Shown: one piece after another, positions 49,917 to 63,362 of the stretch
Layout of the letters: each line of letters begins with the position of its first letter
Position numbering within the stretch: the first letter of the stretch is position 1
Origin: Escherichia coli
GTDB lineage: Bacteria; Pseudomonadota; Gammaproteobacteria; Enterobacterales; Enterobacteriaceae
Direction: 5' to 3' (one strand)
Length of the DNA stretch: 64,000 nucleotides
Assembly (NCBI RefSeq): GCF_044324875.1
Contig: NZ_CP172185.1
Program-made: the position numbers and the translations under genes
Notes under the pieces: generated by a model
Told to the model about the DNA's origin: nothing
The model's input: only the letters and a program-made list of their open reading frames with translations
The model's database searches: none

Positions 49917-52900
49917 GTGCGCCTGATTATCACTTTTCTGATGGCCTGGTGCCTCAGTTGGGGGGCGTACGCCGCGACGGCCCCCGATAGCAAACAAATC
50001 TCACAAGAACTGGAGCAGGCAAAAGCGGCGAAACCCGCGCAACCGGAAGTCGTAGAGGCGCTCCAGTCTGCCTTAAATGCGCTTGAGGAACGGAAAGGTT
50101 CCCTTGAGCGCATCAAGCAATATCAAGAAGTCATTGATAATTATCCGAAACTCTCCGCTACTCTGCGCGCGCAATTAAACAACATGCGTGACGAGCCGCG
50201 CAGCGTGTCACCGGGAATGTCTACCGACGCGCTGAATCAGGAAATTCTCCAGGTCAGCAGCCAGTTGCTGGATAAAAGCCGTCAGGCCCAGCAAGAGCAG
50301 GAACGCGCCCGCGAGATTGCCGATTCGCTGAATCAACTGCCGCAACAGCAAACCGATGCCCGCCGTCAGTTAAATGAAATCGAGCGCCGCCTGGGGACGC
50401 TTACCGGCAATTCCCCGCTCAATCAGGCACAAAATTTCGCGTTGCAGTCTGACTCCGCACGCCTGAAAGCGCTCGTCGATGAACTGGAACTGGCGCAGCT
50501 GTCCGCCAATAACCGCCAGGAATTAGCGCGCTTACGCTCAGAGCTGGCGGAAAAAGAGAGCCAGCAACTGGATGCGTATTTGCAGGCCTTACGTAATCAG
50601 TTGAACAGCCAACGTCAGCTTGAGGCGGAGCGGGCGCTGGAAAGTACCGAATTGCTGGCAGAAAACAGCGCCGATTTGCCGAAAGACATCGTCGCGCAAT
50701 TCAAAATTAACCGCGAACTATCAGCGGCGCTGAATCAACAGGCGCAGCGGATGGATCTCGTTGCCTCGCAACAGCGTCAGGCTGCCAGCCAGACGTTACA
50801 GGTCCGGCAAGCGTTGAATACGCTGCGTGAACAGTCGCAATGGCTGGGATCGTCCAATCTGCTCGGCGAAGCGTTGCGGGCGCAGGTGGCACGGCTGCCG
50901 GAAATGCCAAAACCACAACAGCTTGATACCGAAATGGCGCAGTTGCGTGTGCAACGGTTACGTTATGAGGATCTGCTTAATAAACAGCCGCAGCTACGGC
51001 AAATCCATCAGGCCGACGGTCAGCCGCTGACCGCCGAGCAAAACCGTATTCTGGAAGCACAGCTACGCACTCAGCGTGAGTTGCTGAACTCATTGTTGCA
51101 GGGTGGAGACACGCTACTACTGGAACTGACCAAGCTGAAAGTCTCCAACGGGCAACTGGAGGATGCGCTGAAAGAGGTGAATGAAGCGACGCACCGCTAT
51201 CTGTTCTGGACCTCTGACGTGCGCCCGATGACCATCGCCTGGCCGCTGGAAATCGCCCAGGATCTGCGTCGTCTCATTTCGCTGGACACCTTCAGTCAGT
51301 TGGGCAAAGCCAGTGTGATGATGCTGACCAGTAAAGAGACAATTTTACCGCTGTTTGGCGCGTTGATTCTGGTCGGTTGCAGTATTTACTCACGCCGCTA
51401 TTTCACCCGTTTTCTTGAACGTTCGGCGGCGAAAGTCGGCAAAGTGACTCAGGATCACTTCTGGCTGACGTTACGCACTCTTTTCTGGTCGATTCTCGTC
51501 GCGTCACCGCTACCGGTGCTGTGGATGACGCTGGGTTACGGCTTGCGCGAGGCGTGGCCTTATCCGCTGGCGGTCGCGATTGGTGATGGCGTAACGGCCA
51601 CCGTGCCGCTGCTGTGGGTAGTGATGATTTGCGCCACCTTTGCCCGCCCGAACGGCTTGTTTATCGCTCATTTTGGCTGGCCGCGCGAACGGGTTTCCCG
51701 TGGGATGCGCTACTACCTGATGAGCATCGGGCTTATTGTGCCGCTGATTATGGCGCTGATGATGTTCGATAACCTCGACGACCGTGAATTCTCCGGTTCG
51801 CTGGGACGGCTTTGCTTTATCCTCATTTGCGGTGCGCTGGCGGTGGTCACTCTCAGTCTGAAAAAGGCCGGGATCCCGCTGTATCTCAACAAAGAAGGCA
51901 GCGGTGACAACATTACCAACCATATGCTGTGGAACATGATGATTGGCGCACCGCTGGTTGCCATTCTGGCGTCGGCGGTGGGTTATCTGGCAACGGCGCA
52001 GGCGCTGTTAGCGAGGCTTGAAACCTCGGTTGCCATCTGGTTTTTGCTACTGGTGGTTTATCACGTTATCCGCCGCTGGATGCTGATCCAACGCCGCAGG
52101 CTGGCGTTTGACCGGGCGAAGCATCGCCGGGCAGAGATGTTAGCGCAACGTGCGCGTGGCGAAGAGGAAGCACATCATCACAGTAGCCCGGAAGGGGCAA
52201 TTGAAGTCGATGAAAGCGAAGTCGATCTCGATGCCATCAGTGCGCAGTCCTTGCGGCTGGTGCGCTCAATTTTGATGTTGATCGCCCTGCTTTCGGTCAT
52301 TGTGCTGTGGTCAGAAATCCATTCCGCTTTCGGCTTCCTCGAAAATATTTCGCTGTGGGATGTCACCTCCACGGTACAGGGCGTAGAAAGTCTGGAGCCG
52401 ATTACCCTCGGTGCGGTGCTGATTGCCATTCTGGTGTTTATCATCACCACGCAGCTGGTGCGCAACCTGCCCGCGCTGCTGGAACTGGCGATTTTGCAGC
52501 ACCTGGATTTAACGCCGGGTACAGGTTACGCCATCACCACCATCACCAAATATCTGCTGATGCTGATTGGCGGGCTGGTCGGCTTCTCAATGATTGGTAT
52601 TGAGTGGTCGAAATTGCAGTGGCTGGTCGCCGCGCTCGGTGTTGGTCTCGGTTTTGGTTTGCAGGAAATTTTCGCCAACTTTATCTCTGGCCTGATCATC
52701 CTGTTCGAAAAACCGATTCGCATTGGCGATACGGTAACGATCCGCGATCTTACTGGTAGCGTGACGAAAATTAACACCCGCGCCACCACCATCAGCGACT
52801 GGGACCGTAAAGAGATAATCGTGCCGAACAAGGCGTTTATTACCGAGCAGTTTATCAACTGGTCGCTCTCTGACTCGGTCACGCGCGTGGTGTTGACGAT

Positions 52901-53240
52901 TCCGGCCCCTGCCGATGCCAACAGTGAAGAAGTGACGGAAATCCTGCTCACCGCAGCGCGTCGCTGCTCGCTGGTGATCGACAACCCGGCACCGGAAGTC
53001 TTCCTGGTGGATCTGCAACAGGGGATTCAGATTTTCGAGCTGCGTATTTACGCCGCTGAGATGGGTCACCGTATGCCGCTACGCCATGAGATCCACCAGC
53101 TAATTCTGGCAGGCTTCCATGCCCACGGTATCGATATGCCATTCCCGCCCTTCCAGATGCGTCTGGAAAGCCTGAATGGTAAACAAACGGGGAGAACATT
53201 AACTTCTGCGGGCAAAGGTCGTCAGGCGGGAAGTTTGTAA
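49917..53240 (+). CDS. mscM: Miniconductance mechanosensitive channel MscM (YjeP), MscS family
   Basis: 1107 aa; signal peptide, long periplasmic coiled-coil region, multi-TM region and C-terminal MscS-like domain; GTG start. Confidence 0.93.
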   Translation: MRLIITFLMAWCLSWGAYAATAPDSKQISQELEQAKAAKPAQPEVVEALQSALNALEERKGSLERIKQYQEVIDNYPKLSATLRAQLNNMRDEPRSVSPGMSTDALNQEILQVSSQLLDKSRQAQQEQERAREIADSLNQLPQQQTDARRQLNEIERRLGTLTGNSPLNQAQNFALQSDSARLKALVDELELAQLSANNRQELARLRSELAEKESQQLDAYLQALRNQLNSQRQLEAERALESTELLAENSADLPKDIVAQFKINRELSAALNQQAQRMDLVASQQRQAASQTLQVRQALNTLREQSQWLGSSNLLGEALRAQVARLPEMPKPQQLDTEMAQLRVQRLRYEDLLNKQPQLRQIHQADGQPLTAEQNRILEAQLRTQRELLNSLLQGGDTLLLELTKLKVSNGQLEDALKEVNEATHRYLFWTSDVRPMTIAWPLEIAQDLRRLISLDTFSQLGKASVMMLTSKETILPLFGALILVGCSIYSRRYFTRFLERSAAKVGKVTQDHFWLTLRTLFWSILVASPLPVLWMTLGYGLREAWPYPLAVAIGDGVTATVPLLWVVMICATFARPNGLFIAHFGWPRERVSRGMRYYLMSIGLIVPLIMALMMFDNLDDREFSGSLGRLCFILICGALAVVTLSLKKAGIPLYLNKEGSGDNITNHMLWNMMIGAPLVAILASAVGYLATAQALLARLETSVAIWFLLLVVYHVIRRWMLIQRRRLAFDRAKHRRAEMLAQRARGEEEAHHHSSPEGAIEVDESEVDLDAISAQSLRLVRSILMLIALLSVIVLWSEIHSAFGFLENISLWDVTSTVQGVESLEPITLGAVLIAILVFIITTQLVRNLPALLELAILQHLDLTPGTGYAITTITKYLLMLIGGLVGFSMIGIEWSKLQWLVAALGVGLGFGLQEIFANFISGLIILFEKPIRIGDTVTIRDLTGSVTKINTRATTISDWDRKEIIVPNKAFITEQFINWSLSDSVTRVVLTIPAPADANSEEVTEILLTAARRCSLVIDNPAPEVFLVDLQQGIQIFELRIYAAEMGHRMPLRHEIHQLILAGFHAHGIDMPFPPFQMRLESLNGKQTGRTLTSAGKGRQAGSL

Positions 53241-53268
53241 GGTTTTGTGCCGGATGAACCCATCCGGC

Positions 53269-53583
53269 TCACAAACAAAACTGATAGCGCAGAAAAAACT
53301 GCCACAGCCAGTAGCCGAAAATAGCCAGCGCGGTGGCGTACATAAACCAGCCGCGTTTTTTTCGCCACAAAGCGAACCAGAGAAAAGGGAAAAAGAGCGG
53401 TAACGTCATTATCACACCGACATCGCGAGTATCGTCATCTTCGAGATACATCAAAACATCACAGACGTTGTTAATCCCGCGTCCATCAATCATCCACTCT
53501 TTGTCCAGCGCGGAGGTAATGGTTATCCAGAGGAACGCCACAATGAACCAGATGCAGCACAAGACAAACATGCGCGCACTCAT
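53269..53583 (-). CDS. yjeO: Small inner-membrane protein (YjeO-like)
   Basis: 104 aa hydrophobic ORF between mscM and yjeM; gene name from remembered synteny, not verified. Confidence 0.55.
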   Translation of the reverse strand: MSARMFVLCCIWFIVAFLWITITSALDKEWMIDGRGINNVCDVLMYLEDDDTRDVGVIMTLPLFFPFLWFALWRKKRGWFMYATALAIFGYWLWQFFLRYQFCL

Positions 53584-53680
53584 GAGATAACCCGTAGTTT
53601 AATTTCGCTATAGCACATACGAAATCCCACTAATTCCCTGTCATTGCGCCCTATCGTCAGACAGACGATAGGGCATCGGG

Positions 53681-55183
53681 TTATTCCACCACCCACTGCG
53701 GATTTTTTGCCACTCTGCTGCAATAGTTCTGGTAAATCGCCATCGCTAACAGCGAGAAGAAGACAGGGCCGCCAATCATCCACAATGTGCTGTCCCAGTC
53801 TCCGGCTTCAACCACAGGTTGAATGATGGTGAAGACGTTCGCAAATGTCACAACCAGTACGACAACCACCGTCGCAATCATTGCCGACATACGCGTTTTG
53901 AAAATCACAAACGGTCTGTCGAGATCCTGACGTGCTTTAAAGAATGGGAAAGCCAGCGCGAGGAACAAGTAAGGAAGCGTCATAGACACGTTCGCCATCA
54001 GAGTCAGTTTGTTAAAGAACGCCGATGCGGTGCCACCGCCAAACGAAACCAGAAGAATGAAGATAGTAACCAACCCGCACTGCATCCACATGGCGATAGA
54101 AGGCATACCCATCGTATTCAGGCGCGTCATCGGTTCCGGCCACAACGCTTTCGGCGTTCCCTGGATGATGGCTTTCAGCGGTGAATAGCAAAGCGTAAAG
54201 AACGCACCGGTATAAGCGAGGAACATCGAAAGCCCGGTAATACGCGCAAACCATACGCCCAGCGACAATGACGCTTCTGGTGACAAATGCAGTGCGTTAC
54301 CCAGCGTCACCCCGAGGCTCTTCATCAGCACATAGGTAATATTGCCGAGGTTAACGGAACCATTACTTAATACCTGCTGCCAGTTTGTGCTGACGCCCCA
54401 TAAAAATATTGCCAGCGAATAACCGATTGAAATAACAATAGCGGCAAAAACAATACCTTTGGCAAAGTTCTTTTCTGGATTTTCCGTTTTATCGACCAGA
54501 CCACCAACCGCTTCAATTCCGCCATAGGCAAAAATAGCAAATACCACAAACGATAGCATTGCCAGACCGGACTGATAACCTGGATTCGGTGATGCAAGGA
54601 AATTAATATCCTGCGCGAAATGCCCACCATTTAATAACAAAATAGTAATGCTTACTAACAGCAATACTAAATTCAGACACATTACTGCAATACCGCCCAC
54701 CGCAGTAATGCGGGCAATTTTATTAATCCCTTTTGAAGCAACGACGGTGACCAGAATCATCCATGCCACTGCCAGCAGACCAACCACCTGCGTAGGCTCC
54801 AGTCCGGCAATATGCCAGTGCTGGGTCATGTCGCTACCATAGAGGAATGTTGAGAACGGTACCCAAACTTTCGCGGAGGTACTCACCATCCAGATGATAT
54901 AAGAGGAAAACCACATAAACGTACCAATGAAGGCAAAACGTGGTCCGACACTATTATTCATCCAGGAATAGATACCGCCTTCTTCTTTGCGATAAGCAGC
55001 TCCCATTTCAGCCATCATTAAGGCGAATGGAATAAAGAATAACAATGCAGAAAATATATAAAAGGGAATCGCACTATAACCCATTAAGTAATAAGCCGAT
55101 GGGCTATTGGCAAATCCAAATACGGAAGTAAAGATCATCAATATGAGTCCTATCAGACTCATCTTTTTTATCGTGTGAGGCAT
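53681..55183 (-). CDS. yjeM: APC-superfamily amino acid/polyamine transporter YjeM
   Basis: Track ORF 53681..55225; start at MPHTIKKMSLIGLILMIF gives 500 aa; 12-TM permease. Confidence 0.88.
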   Translation of the reverse strand: MPHTIKKMSLIGLILMIFTSVFGFANSPSAYYLMGYSAIPFYIFSALLFFIPFALMMAEMGAAYRKEEGGIYSWMNNSVGPRFAFIGTFMWFSSYIIWMVSTSAKVWVPFSTFLYGSDMTQHWHIAGLEPTQVVGLLAVAWMILVTVVASKGINKIARITAVGGIAVMCLNLVLLLVSITILLLNGGHFAQDINFLASPNPGYQSGLAMLSFVVFAIFAYGGIEAVGGLVDKTENPEKNFAKGIVFAAIVISIGYSLAIFLWGVSTNWQQVLSNGSVNLGNITYVLMKSLGVTLGNALHLSPEASLSLGVWFARITGLSMFLAYTGAFFTLCYSPLKAIIQGTPKALWPEPMTRLNTMGMPSIAMWMQCGLVTIFILLVSFGGGTASAFFNKLTLMANVSMTLPYLFLALAFPFFKARQDLDRPFVIFKTRMSAMIATVVVVLVVTFANVFTIIQPVVEAGDWDSTLWMIGGPVFFSLLAMAIYQNYCSRVAKNPQWVVE

Positions 55184-55401
55184 GAAACCATCCTTCATTT
55201 CAGCGCGTGTATAAAACGCGCCCACTGAACTGCACTGCCCAACATTGAGCGGGCAGCGTAAAAACCAATACAGAATTGATACCTGGATGATATCAAATAT
55301 CCAGTCTTAAATTGTGGCCTTTGGCGGAAAAATGAAAACATATGCTACAGAATGGCGCTTATCACGCCATTCTTCGCGGTTAATTCAGTAATTTTTCAGA
55401 A

Positions 55402-56379
55402 TTATGCCCGGTCAACGCTAAAGGCGATGACTTCAGCCAGTGTCTCCGCGCCCAGCGCCAACATCACCAGACGATCAACACCTAATGCCACGCCGGAACA
55501 GTCAGGCATACCGACTTTCAAGGCTTCAATCAGATTCTGGTCAATGGGGTGCTGCGGCAAACCGCGCGCCGCGCGCTTACGGTTATCTTGTTCAAAGCGT
55601 TGTTGCTGCTCACGGGCATCCGTCAATTCATGGAAACCATTCGCCAGCTCAATACCTTTATAATAAACCTCAAAGCGTTCAGCGACCCGATGATCTTCGG
55701 TACTGATTTGCGCCAGTGATGCCTGGCTGGCTGGAAAGTGATACACAAAGGTCGGTTTTTCTTTGCCAATATTTGGCTCTACGCCAAAGGTAAACAGCAA
55801 TTGTAGCAACGTGTCGCGGTCTTCTTCGGTATCAGCAACGTTGCTTAAATCCAGTTTCGCTGCCACTTCCCGCAGTTGCGTTTTGTCGGCAGAGAGCGGG
55901 TCAATTTCCAGATAACGCAAGAAAGCTTGTTGATAAGAAAGGCTTTCTGCTGCCGGGCAGTCCAGCACTTGTTGTAAGAGATCGTCCACCTCGTTCATCA
56001 ACCGGTACATATCATAGTGCGGTCGATACCACTCAAGCATAGTGAACTCAGGGTTGTGATAACGCCCCATCTCTTCATTACGGAAGCTGCGGCACAGCTG
56101 GAATACCGGCCCACAACCGGCAACCAGCAGGCGCTTCATATGGTATTCCGGGCTGGTCATTAACCAGAGATTCATCCCCTGCGAATGCCCGGGGCCAACG
56201 AAACGTGTCTCAAACGGGACCAAATGAATATCGGTTACCGTCGCCTGGCTCATACAAGGCGTCTCCACCTCCAGCACTCCACGATCGGCAAAGAAACGAC
56301 GGATCTCCGCCATAATCGCCGCGCGTTTTAATAAGTTAGGAATGGATGCGCTCGGCTGCCAGGATGCCGTTTCGCTCAT
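55402..56379 (-). CDS. epmA: Elongation factor P-(R)-beta-lysine ligase EpmA (PoxA/YjeA)
   Basis: Track ORF 55402..56424; start at [30 protein letters not shown] gives 325 aa; class II aaRS-like (LysRS paralog). Confidence 0.93.
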   Translation of the reverse strand: MSETASWQPSASIPNLLKRAAIMAEIRRFFADRGVLEVETPCMSQATVTDIHLVPFETRFVGPGHSQGMNLWLMTSPEYHMKRLLVAGCGPVFQLCRSFRNEEMGRYHNPEFTMLEWYRPHYDMYRLMNEVDDLLQQVLDCPAAESLSYQQAFLRYLEIDPLSADKTQLREVAAKLDLSNVADTEEDRDTLLQLLFTFGVEPNIGKEKPTFVYHFPASQASLAQISTEDHRVAERFEVYYKGIELANGFHELTDAREQQQRFEQDNRKRAARGLPQHPIDQNLIEALKVGMPDCSGVALGVDRLVMLALGAETLAEVIAFSVDRA

Positions 56380-56556
56380 AGTTAAATCTCCAGTTTTTGA
56401 CAAGGGCACGAAGTCTACTCGCAACGCGACGGCGAGACAAATTTTACGCAGGAATCAAACAAGGGTGGGCTGTGACTAAAAAAAGCACGATCTGATGGTT
56501 TAGTAATTAAATTAATCATCTTCAGTGATAATTTAGCCCTCTTGCGCACTAAAAAA

Positions 56557-56572
56557 ATCGATCTCGTCAAAT
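56557..56572. promoter_or_regulatory. Candidate FNR site in the frdA promoter region
   Basis: atcgatctcgtcaaat sits about 130 bp upstream of the frdA GTG start; resembles an FNR half-site pair (TTGAT-N4-ATCAA) and frd is known to be FNR-activated. Confidence 0.4.
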
Positions 56573-56703
56573 TTCAGACTTATCCATCAGACTATACTGT
56601 TGTACCTATAAAGGAGCAGTGGAATAGCGTTCGCAGACCGTAACTTTCAGGCACTTACCCTGAAGTACGGGGCTGTGGGATAAAAACAATCTGGAGGAAT
56701 GTC

Positions 56704-58504
56704 GTGCAAACCTTTCAAGCCGATCTTGCCATTGTAGGCGCCGGTGGCGCGGGATTACGTGCTGCAATTGCTGCCGCGCAGGCAAATCCAAATGCAAAAA
56801 TCGCACTAATCTCAAAAGTATACCCGATGCGTAGCCATACCGTTGCTGCAGAAGGGGGCTCCGCCGCTGTCGCGCAGGATCATGACAGCTTCGAATATCA
56901 CTTTCACGATACAGTAGCGGGTGGCGACTGGTTGTGTGAGCAGGATGTCGTGGATTATTTCGTCCACCACTGCCCAACCGAAATGACCCAACTGGAACTG
57001 TGGGGGTGCCCATGGAGCCGTCGCCCGGATGGTAGCGTCAACGTACGTCGCTTCGGCGGCATGAAAATCGAGCGTACCTGGTTCGCCGCCGATAAGACCG
57101 GCTTCCATATGCTGCACACGCTGTTCCAGACCTCTCTGCAATTCCCGCAGATCCAGCGTTTTGACGAACATTTCGTGCTGGATATTCTGGTTGATGATGG
57201 TCATGTTCGCGGCCTGGTAGCAATGAACATGATGGAAGGCACGCTGGTGCAGATCCGTGCTAACGCGGTCGTTATGGCTACCGGCGGTGCGGGTCGCGTT
57301 TATCGTTACAACACCAACGGCGGCATCGTTACCGGTGACGGTATGGGTATGGCGCTAAGCCACGGCGTTCCGCTGCGTGACATGGAATTCGTTCAGTATC
57401 ACCCAACCGGTCTGCCAGGTTCCGGTATCCTGATGACCGAAGGCTGCCGCGGTGAAGGCGGTATTCTGGTCAACAAAAATGGCTACCGTTATCTGCAAGA
57501 TTACGGCATGGGCCCGGAAACTCCGCTGGGCGAGCCGAAAAACAAATATATGGAACTGGGTCCACGCGACAAAGTTTCTCAGGCCTTCTGGCACGAATGG
57601 CGTAAAGGCAACACCATCTCCACGCCGCGTGGCGATGTGGTTTATCTCGACCTGCGTCACCTCGGCGAGAAAAAACTGCATGAACGTCTGCCGTTCATCT
57701 GCGAACTGGCGAAAGCGTACGTTGGCGTCGATCCGGTTAAAGAACCGATTCCGGTACGTCCGACCGCACACTACACCATGGGCGGTATCGAAACCGATCA
57801 GAACTGTGAAACCCGCATTAAAGGTCTGTTCGCCGTGGGTGAATGTTCCTCTGTTGGTCTACACGGTGCAAACCGTCTGGGCTCCAACTCCCTGGCGGAA
57901 CTGGTGGTCTTCGGCCGTCTGGCCGGTGAACAAGCGACAGAGCGTGCAGCAACTGCCGGTAATGGCAACGAAGCGGCAATTGAAGCGCAGGCAGCTGGCG
58001 TTGAACAACGTCTGAAAGATCTGGTTAACCAGGATGGCGGCGAAAACTGGGCGAAGATCCGCGACGAAATGGGCCTGGCTATGGAAGAAGGTTGCGGTAT
58101 CTACCGTACGCCGGAACTGATGCAGAAAACCATCGACAAGCTGGCAGAGCTGCAGGAACGCTTCAAGCGCGTGCGCATCACTGACACTTCCAGCGTGTTC
58201 AACACCGACCTGCTCTACACCATTGAACTGGGCCACGGTCTGAACGTTGCTGAATGTATGGCGCACTCCGCAATGGCACGTAAAGAGTCCCGCGGCGCAC
58301 ACCAGCGTCTGGACGAAGGTTGCACCGAGCGTGACGACGTCAACTTCCTCAAACACACCCTCGCCTTCCGCGATGCTGATGGCACGACTCGCCTGGAGTA
58401 CAGCGACGTGAAAATTACTACGCTGCCGCCAGCTAAACGTGTTTACGGTGGCGAAGCGGATGCAGCCGATAAGGCGGAAGCAGCCAATAAGAAGGAGAAG
58501 GCGA

Positions 58505-58512
<8 letters not shown>
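56704..58512 (+). CDS. frdA: Fumarate reductase flavoprotein subunit
   Basis: 602 aa, GTG start, FAD-binding [16 protein letters not shown] and the covalent-FAD His region (SHTVAAEGG). Confidence 0.97.
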
Positions 58513-59645
<1,133 letters not shown>

Positions 59646-59655
59646 GGAGCCTGAG

Positions 59656-61211
<1,556 letters not shown>

Positions 61212-61299
61212 AATTTCATCGGGTCCGAATTTTTGGACCTTTTCTCCGCTTTTCCTTGCTGTCATCTACACTTAGAAAAAAACCAGTAAGGAAACATTT

Positions 61300-61833
61300 A
61301 TGCGCCTGCTCCCTCTCGTTGCCGCAGCGACAGCTGCATTTCTGGTCGTTGCCTGCAGTTCTCCTACGCCGCCCCGTGGCGTGACAGTAGTGAATAATTT
61401 CGATGCTAAACGCTATCTCGGTACCTGGTATGAGATTGCCCGTTTTGATCACCGCTTTGAACGTGGACTGGAAAAAGTCACCGCAACATACAGCCTGCGG
61501 GATGACGGCGGCCTGAATGTCATTAATAAAGGCTATAACCCTGACAGAGAAATGTGGCAGCAGAGTGAAGGGAAAGCGTACTTTACCGGCGCACCAACTC
61601 GCGCTGCGCTGAAAGTGTCATTCTTTGGTCCTTTCTATGGCGGTTATAACGTTATTGCACTCGATCGGGAATACCGCCATGCGCTGGTTTGCGGCCCGGA
61701 CCGCGACTACCTGTGGATACTCTCCCGCACGCCAACCATTTCTGACGAAGTGAAACAGGAGATGCTGGCAGTCGCGACCCGGGAAGGGTTTGATGTCAGT
61801 AAGTTTATTTGGGTACAGCAGCCCGGTAGTTAG
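61300..61833 (+). CDS. blc: Outer-membrane lipocalin Blc
   Basis: 177 aa, lipobox VVACSS, lipocalin motif GTWYEIAR. Confidence 0.95.
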   Translation: MRLLPLVAAATAAFLVVACSSPTPPRGVTVVNNFDAKRYLGTWYEIARFDHRFERGLEKVTATYSLRDDGGLNVINKGYNPDREMWQQSEGKAYFTGAPTRAALKVSFFGPFYGGYNVIALDREYRHALVCGPDRDYLWILSRTPTISDEVKQEMLAVATREGFDVSKFIWVQQPGS

Positions 61834-62147
61834 TGAGTGCTGAGTTTCAGACCAATAATCCCCAATACGATTAACGCCAGACTCGCCAGGCGCATCGGGT
61901 TAGCGGACTCGCCGAGCAGCACAATGCCGGTGATGGCCGCGCCGACTGCGCCAATACCCGTCCACACGGCATAAGCCGTCCCTACTGGTAACGATTTCAT
62001 CGCCCAGGCAAGTAGCGCCATACTGACAATCATCGCCGTCACAGTAATAACACTTGGCGTCAAACGACTAAAGCCGTGGGTATATTTCAGGCCAACGGCC
62101 CATACCACTTCCAGCAGACCAGCAATAACTAAGATAATCCAGGACAT
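61830..62147 (-). CDS. sugE: SMR-family guanidinium exporter Gdx (SugE)
   Basis: Track ORF 61830..62210; start at [22 protein letters not shown] gives 105 aa; four-TM SMR protein with the conserved Glu in TM1. Confidence 0.93.
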   Translation of the reverse strand: MSWIILVIAGLLEVVWAVGLKYTHGFSRLTPSVITVTAMIVSMALLAWAMKSLPVGTAYAVWTGIGAVGAAITGIVLLGESANPMRLASLALIVLGIIGLKLSTH

Positions 62148-62165
62148 ATCAGGCTCCGGAGAATT

Positions 62166-62210
62166 GGGGCCGTCCCCGGTGAAAAGAGGCGTTTGCAGGT
62201 CGTCCTGCAA
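62166..62210 (-). ncRNA. Guanidine-II riboswitch (mini-ykkC) in the sugE 5' leader
   Basis: On the minus-strand transcript: two short GC hairpins with ACGR tetraloops, ttgcagg-ACGA-cctgcaa and gggg-ACGG-cccc, separated by about 10 nt and ending about 20 nt before the sugE ATG. Confidence 0.8.
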
Positions 62211-62321
62211 AGCTGATGGTTGAACGGATATTTTGCCAGGTGGCAGGGGAATTTCAACTATTACCTTTGTGACTATCGCAAAAAAACAAACGGCACGACA
62301 TAACTGTCGTACCGTTATTGC

Positions 62322-62468
62322 TTACTGCTGCGCTTTCGTTGCTGCGCCAGAAATCGCGTTACCGCCATCAGAAATGTCTTCACCAACGCCACGCGTGGTG
62401 TTGCAGGCAGTTAATACTGTTGAAAGCACCAGAACAGAAAAGATCGCTGCAATTGTCTTCTTCACCAT
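62322..62468 (-). CDS. ecnB: Entericidin B (small lipoprotein)
   Basis: Manual translation of the minus strand gives [48 protein letters not shown] (48 aa, lipobox LTAC); absent from the ORF track, presumably because of its short length. Confidence 0.9.
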
Positions 62469-62578
62469 AACGTCTTCCTTTTAGGTAATGTTATTTATGT
62501 TTGCCTATAGCAAATTAATAATAGACAACATCACCAAAAATGATGGAAATCTGATGATTTTTCGGAAGAGAAGAAAAA

Positions 62579-62704
62579 TTAGCTGGCAGCGCGGGAGATG
62601 GAATTACCGAGATGTTTAATGTCTTCACCGAAACCGCGAGCGGTGTTACAGCCCGTGAGCAGCGCACTGGCAAGCAAAACAAGAACGATAAGGCGTTTCA
62701 TCAT
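62579..62704 (-). CDS. ecnA: Entericidin A (small lipoprotein)
   Basis: Manual translation gives MMKRLIVLVLLASALLTGCNTARGFGEDIKHLGNSISRAAS (41 aa, lipobox LTGC). Confidence 0.9.
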   Translation of the reverse strand: MMKRLIVLVLLASALLTGCNTARGFGEDIKHLGNSISRAAS

Positions 62705-62755
62705 CTCTGGCCTGAATAAGTGATGGTGCAGCCTGCAGGCCGCACCACAACCGCA

Positions 62756-63322
62756 TTACTTCACGCGAGAGACGTATTCACCAGAGCGGGTATCCACTTT
62801 GATGACTTCGCCGATCTGCACGAACAGCGGAACTTTAACCACAGCGCCAGTAGACAGGGTAGCTGGTTTGCCGCCAGTACCTGCGGTATCACCTTTCAGG
62901 CCCGGATCGGTATCAACGATTTCCAGTTCAACGAAGTTCGGCGGAGTAACGGAGATCGGCTGACCATTCCACAGAGTTACGATACACTCTGCCTGATCAA
63001 GCAGCCATTTCGCGTTGTCGCCAATTGCTTTTGCGTCAGCAGACAGCTGCTCGAAAGTTTCGTTGTTCATGAAGTGCCAGAACTCACCGTCGTTGTACAG
63101 GTAAGTCAGGTTCATATCGACAACATCAGCGCCTTCAGCGGAATCAGTAGATTTGAAGGTTTTTTCTACGCGAGTACCGGTCAGCAGACGACGCAGTTTA
63201 ACGCGAGCAAATGCCTGGCCTTTACCCGGTTTTACGAATTCACTCGCTTCAACCGCGTAAGGTTCGCCGTCTAACATGATTTTAAGACCAGCACGAAAAT
63301 CGTTGCTATAGTACGTTGCCAT
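62756..63322 (-). CDS. efp: Elongation factor P
   Basis: 188 aa, [58 protein letters not shown]... (modified Lys34 in the KPGKGQA loop). Confidence 0.98.
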
Positions 63323-63362
63323 AAGGCCCTCTGAAATTTGTTAATTGGTAGCTAAGCCACAA

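Noticed and set aside
48972-49997. 341-aa minus-strand ORF
   Set aside because: Antisense to psd and the mscM start region; no recognisable motifs
53580-54184. Small track ORFs between yjeO and inside yjeM (53580..53783, 53819..54184) as a possible second small membrane gene (yjeN)
   Set aside because: They overlap or lie antisense to yjeM and lack membrane-protein character; only one 104-aa ORF fits between mscM and yjeM in this sequence
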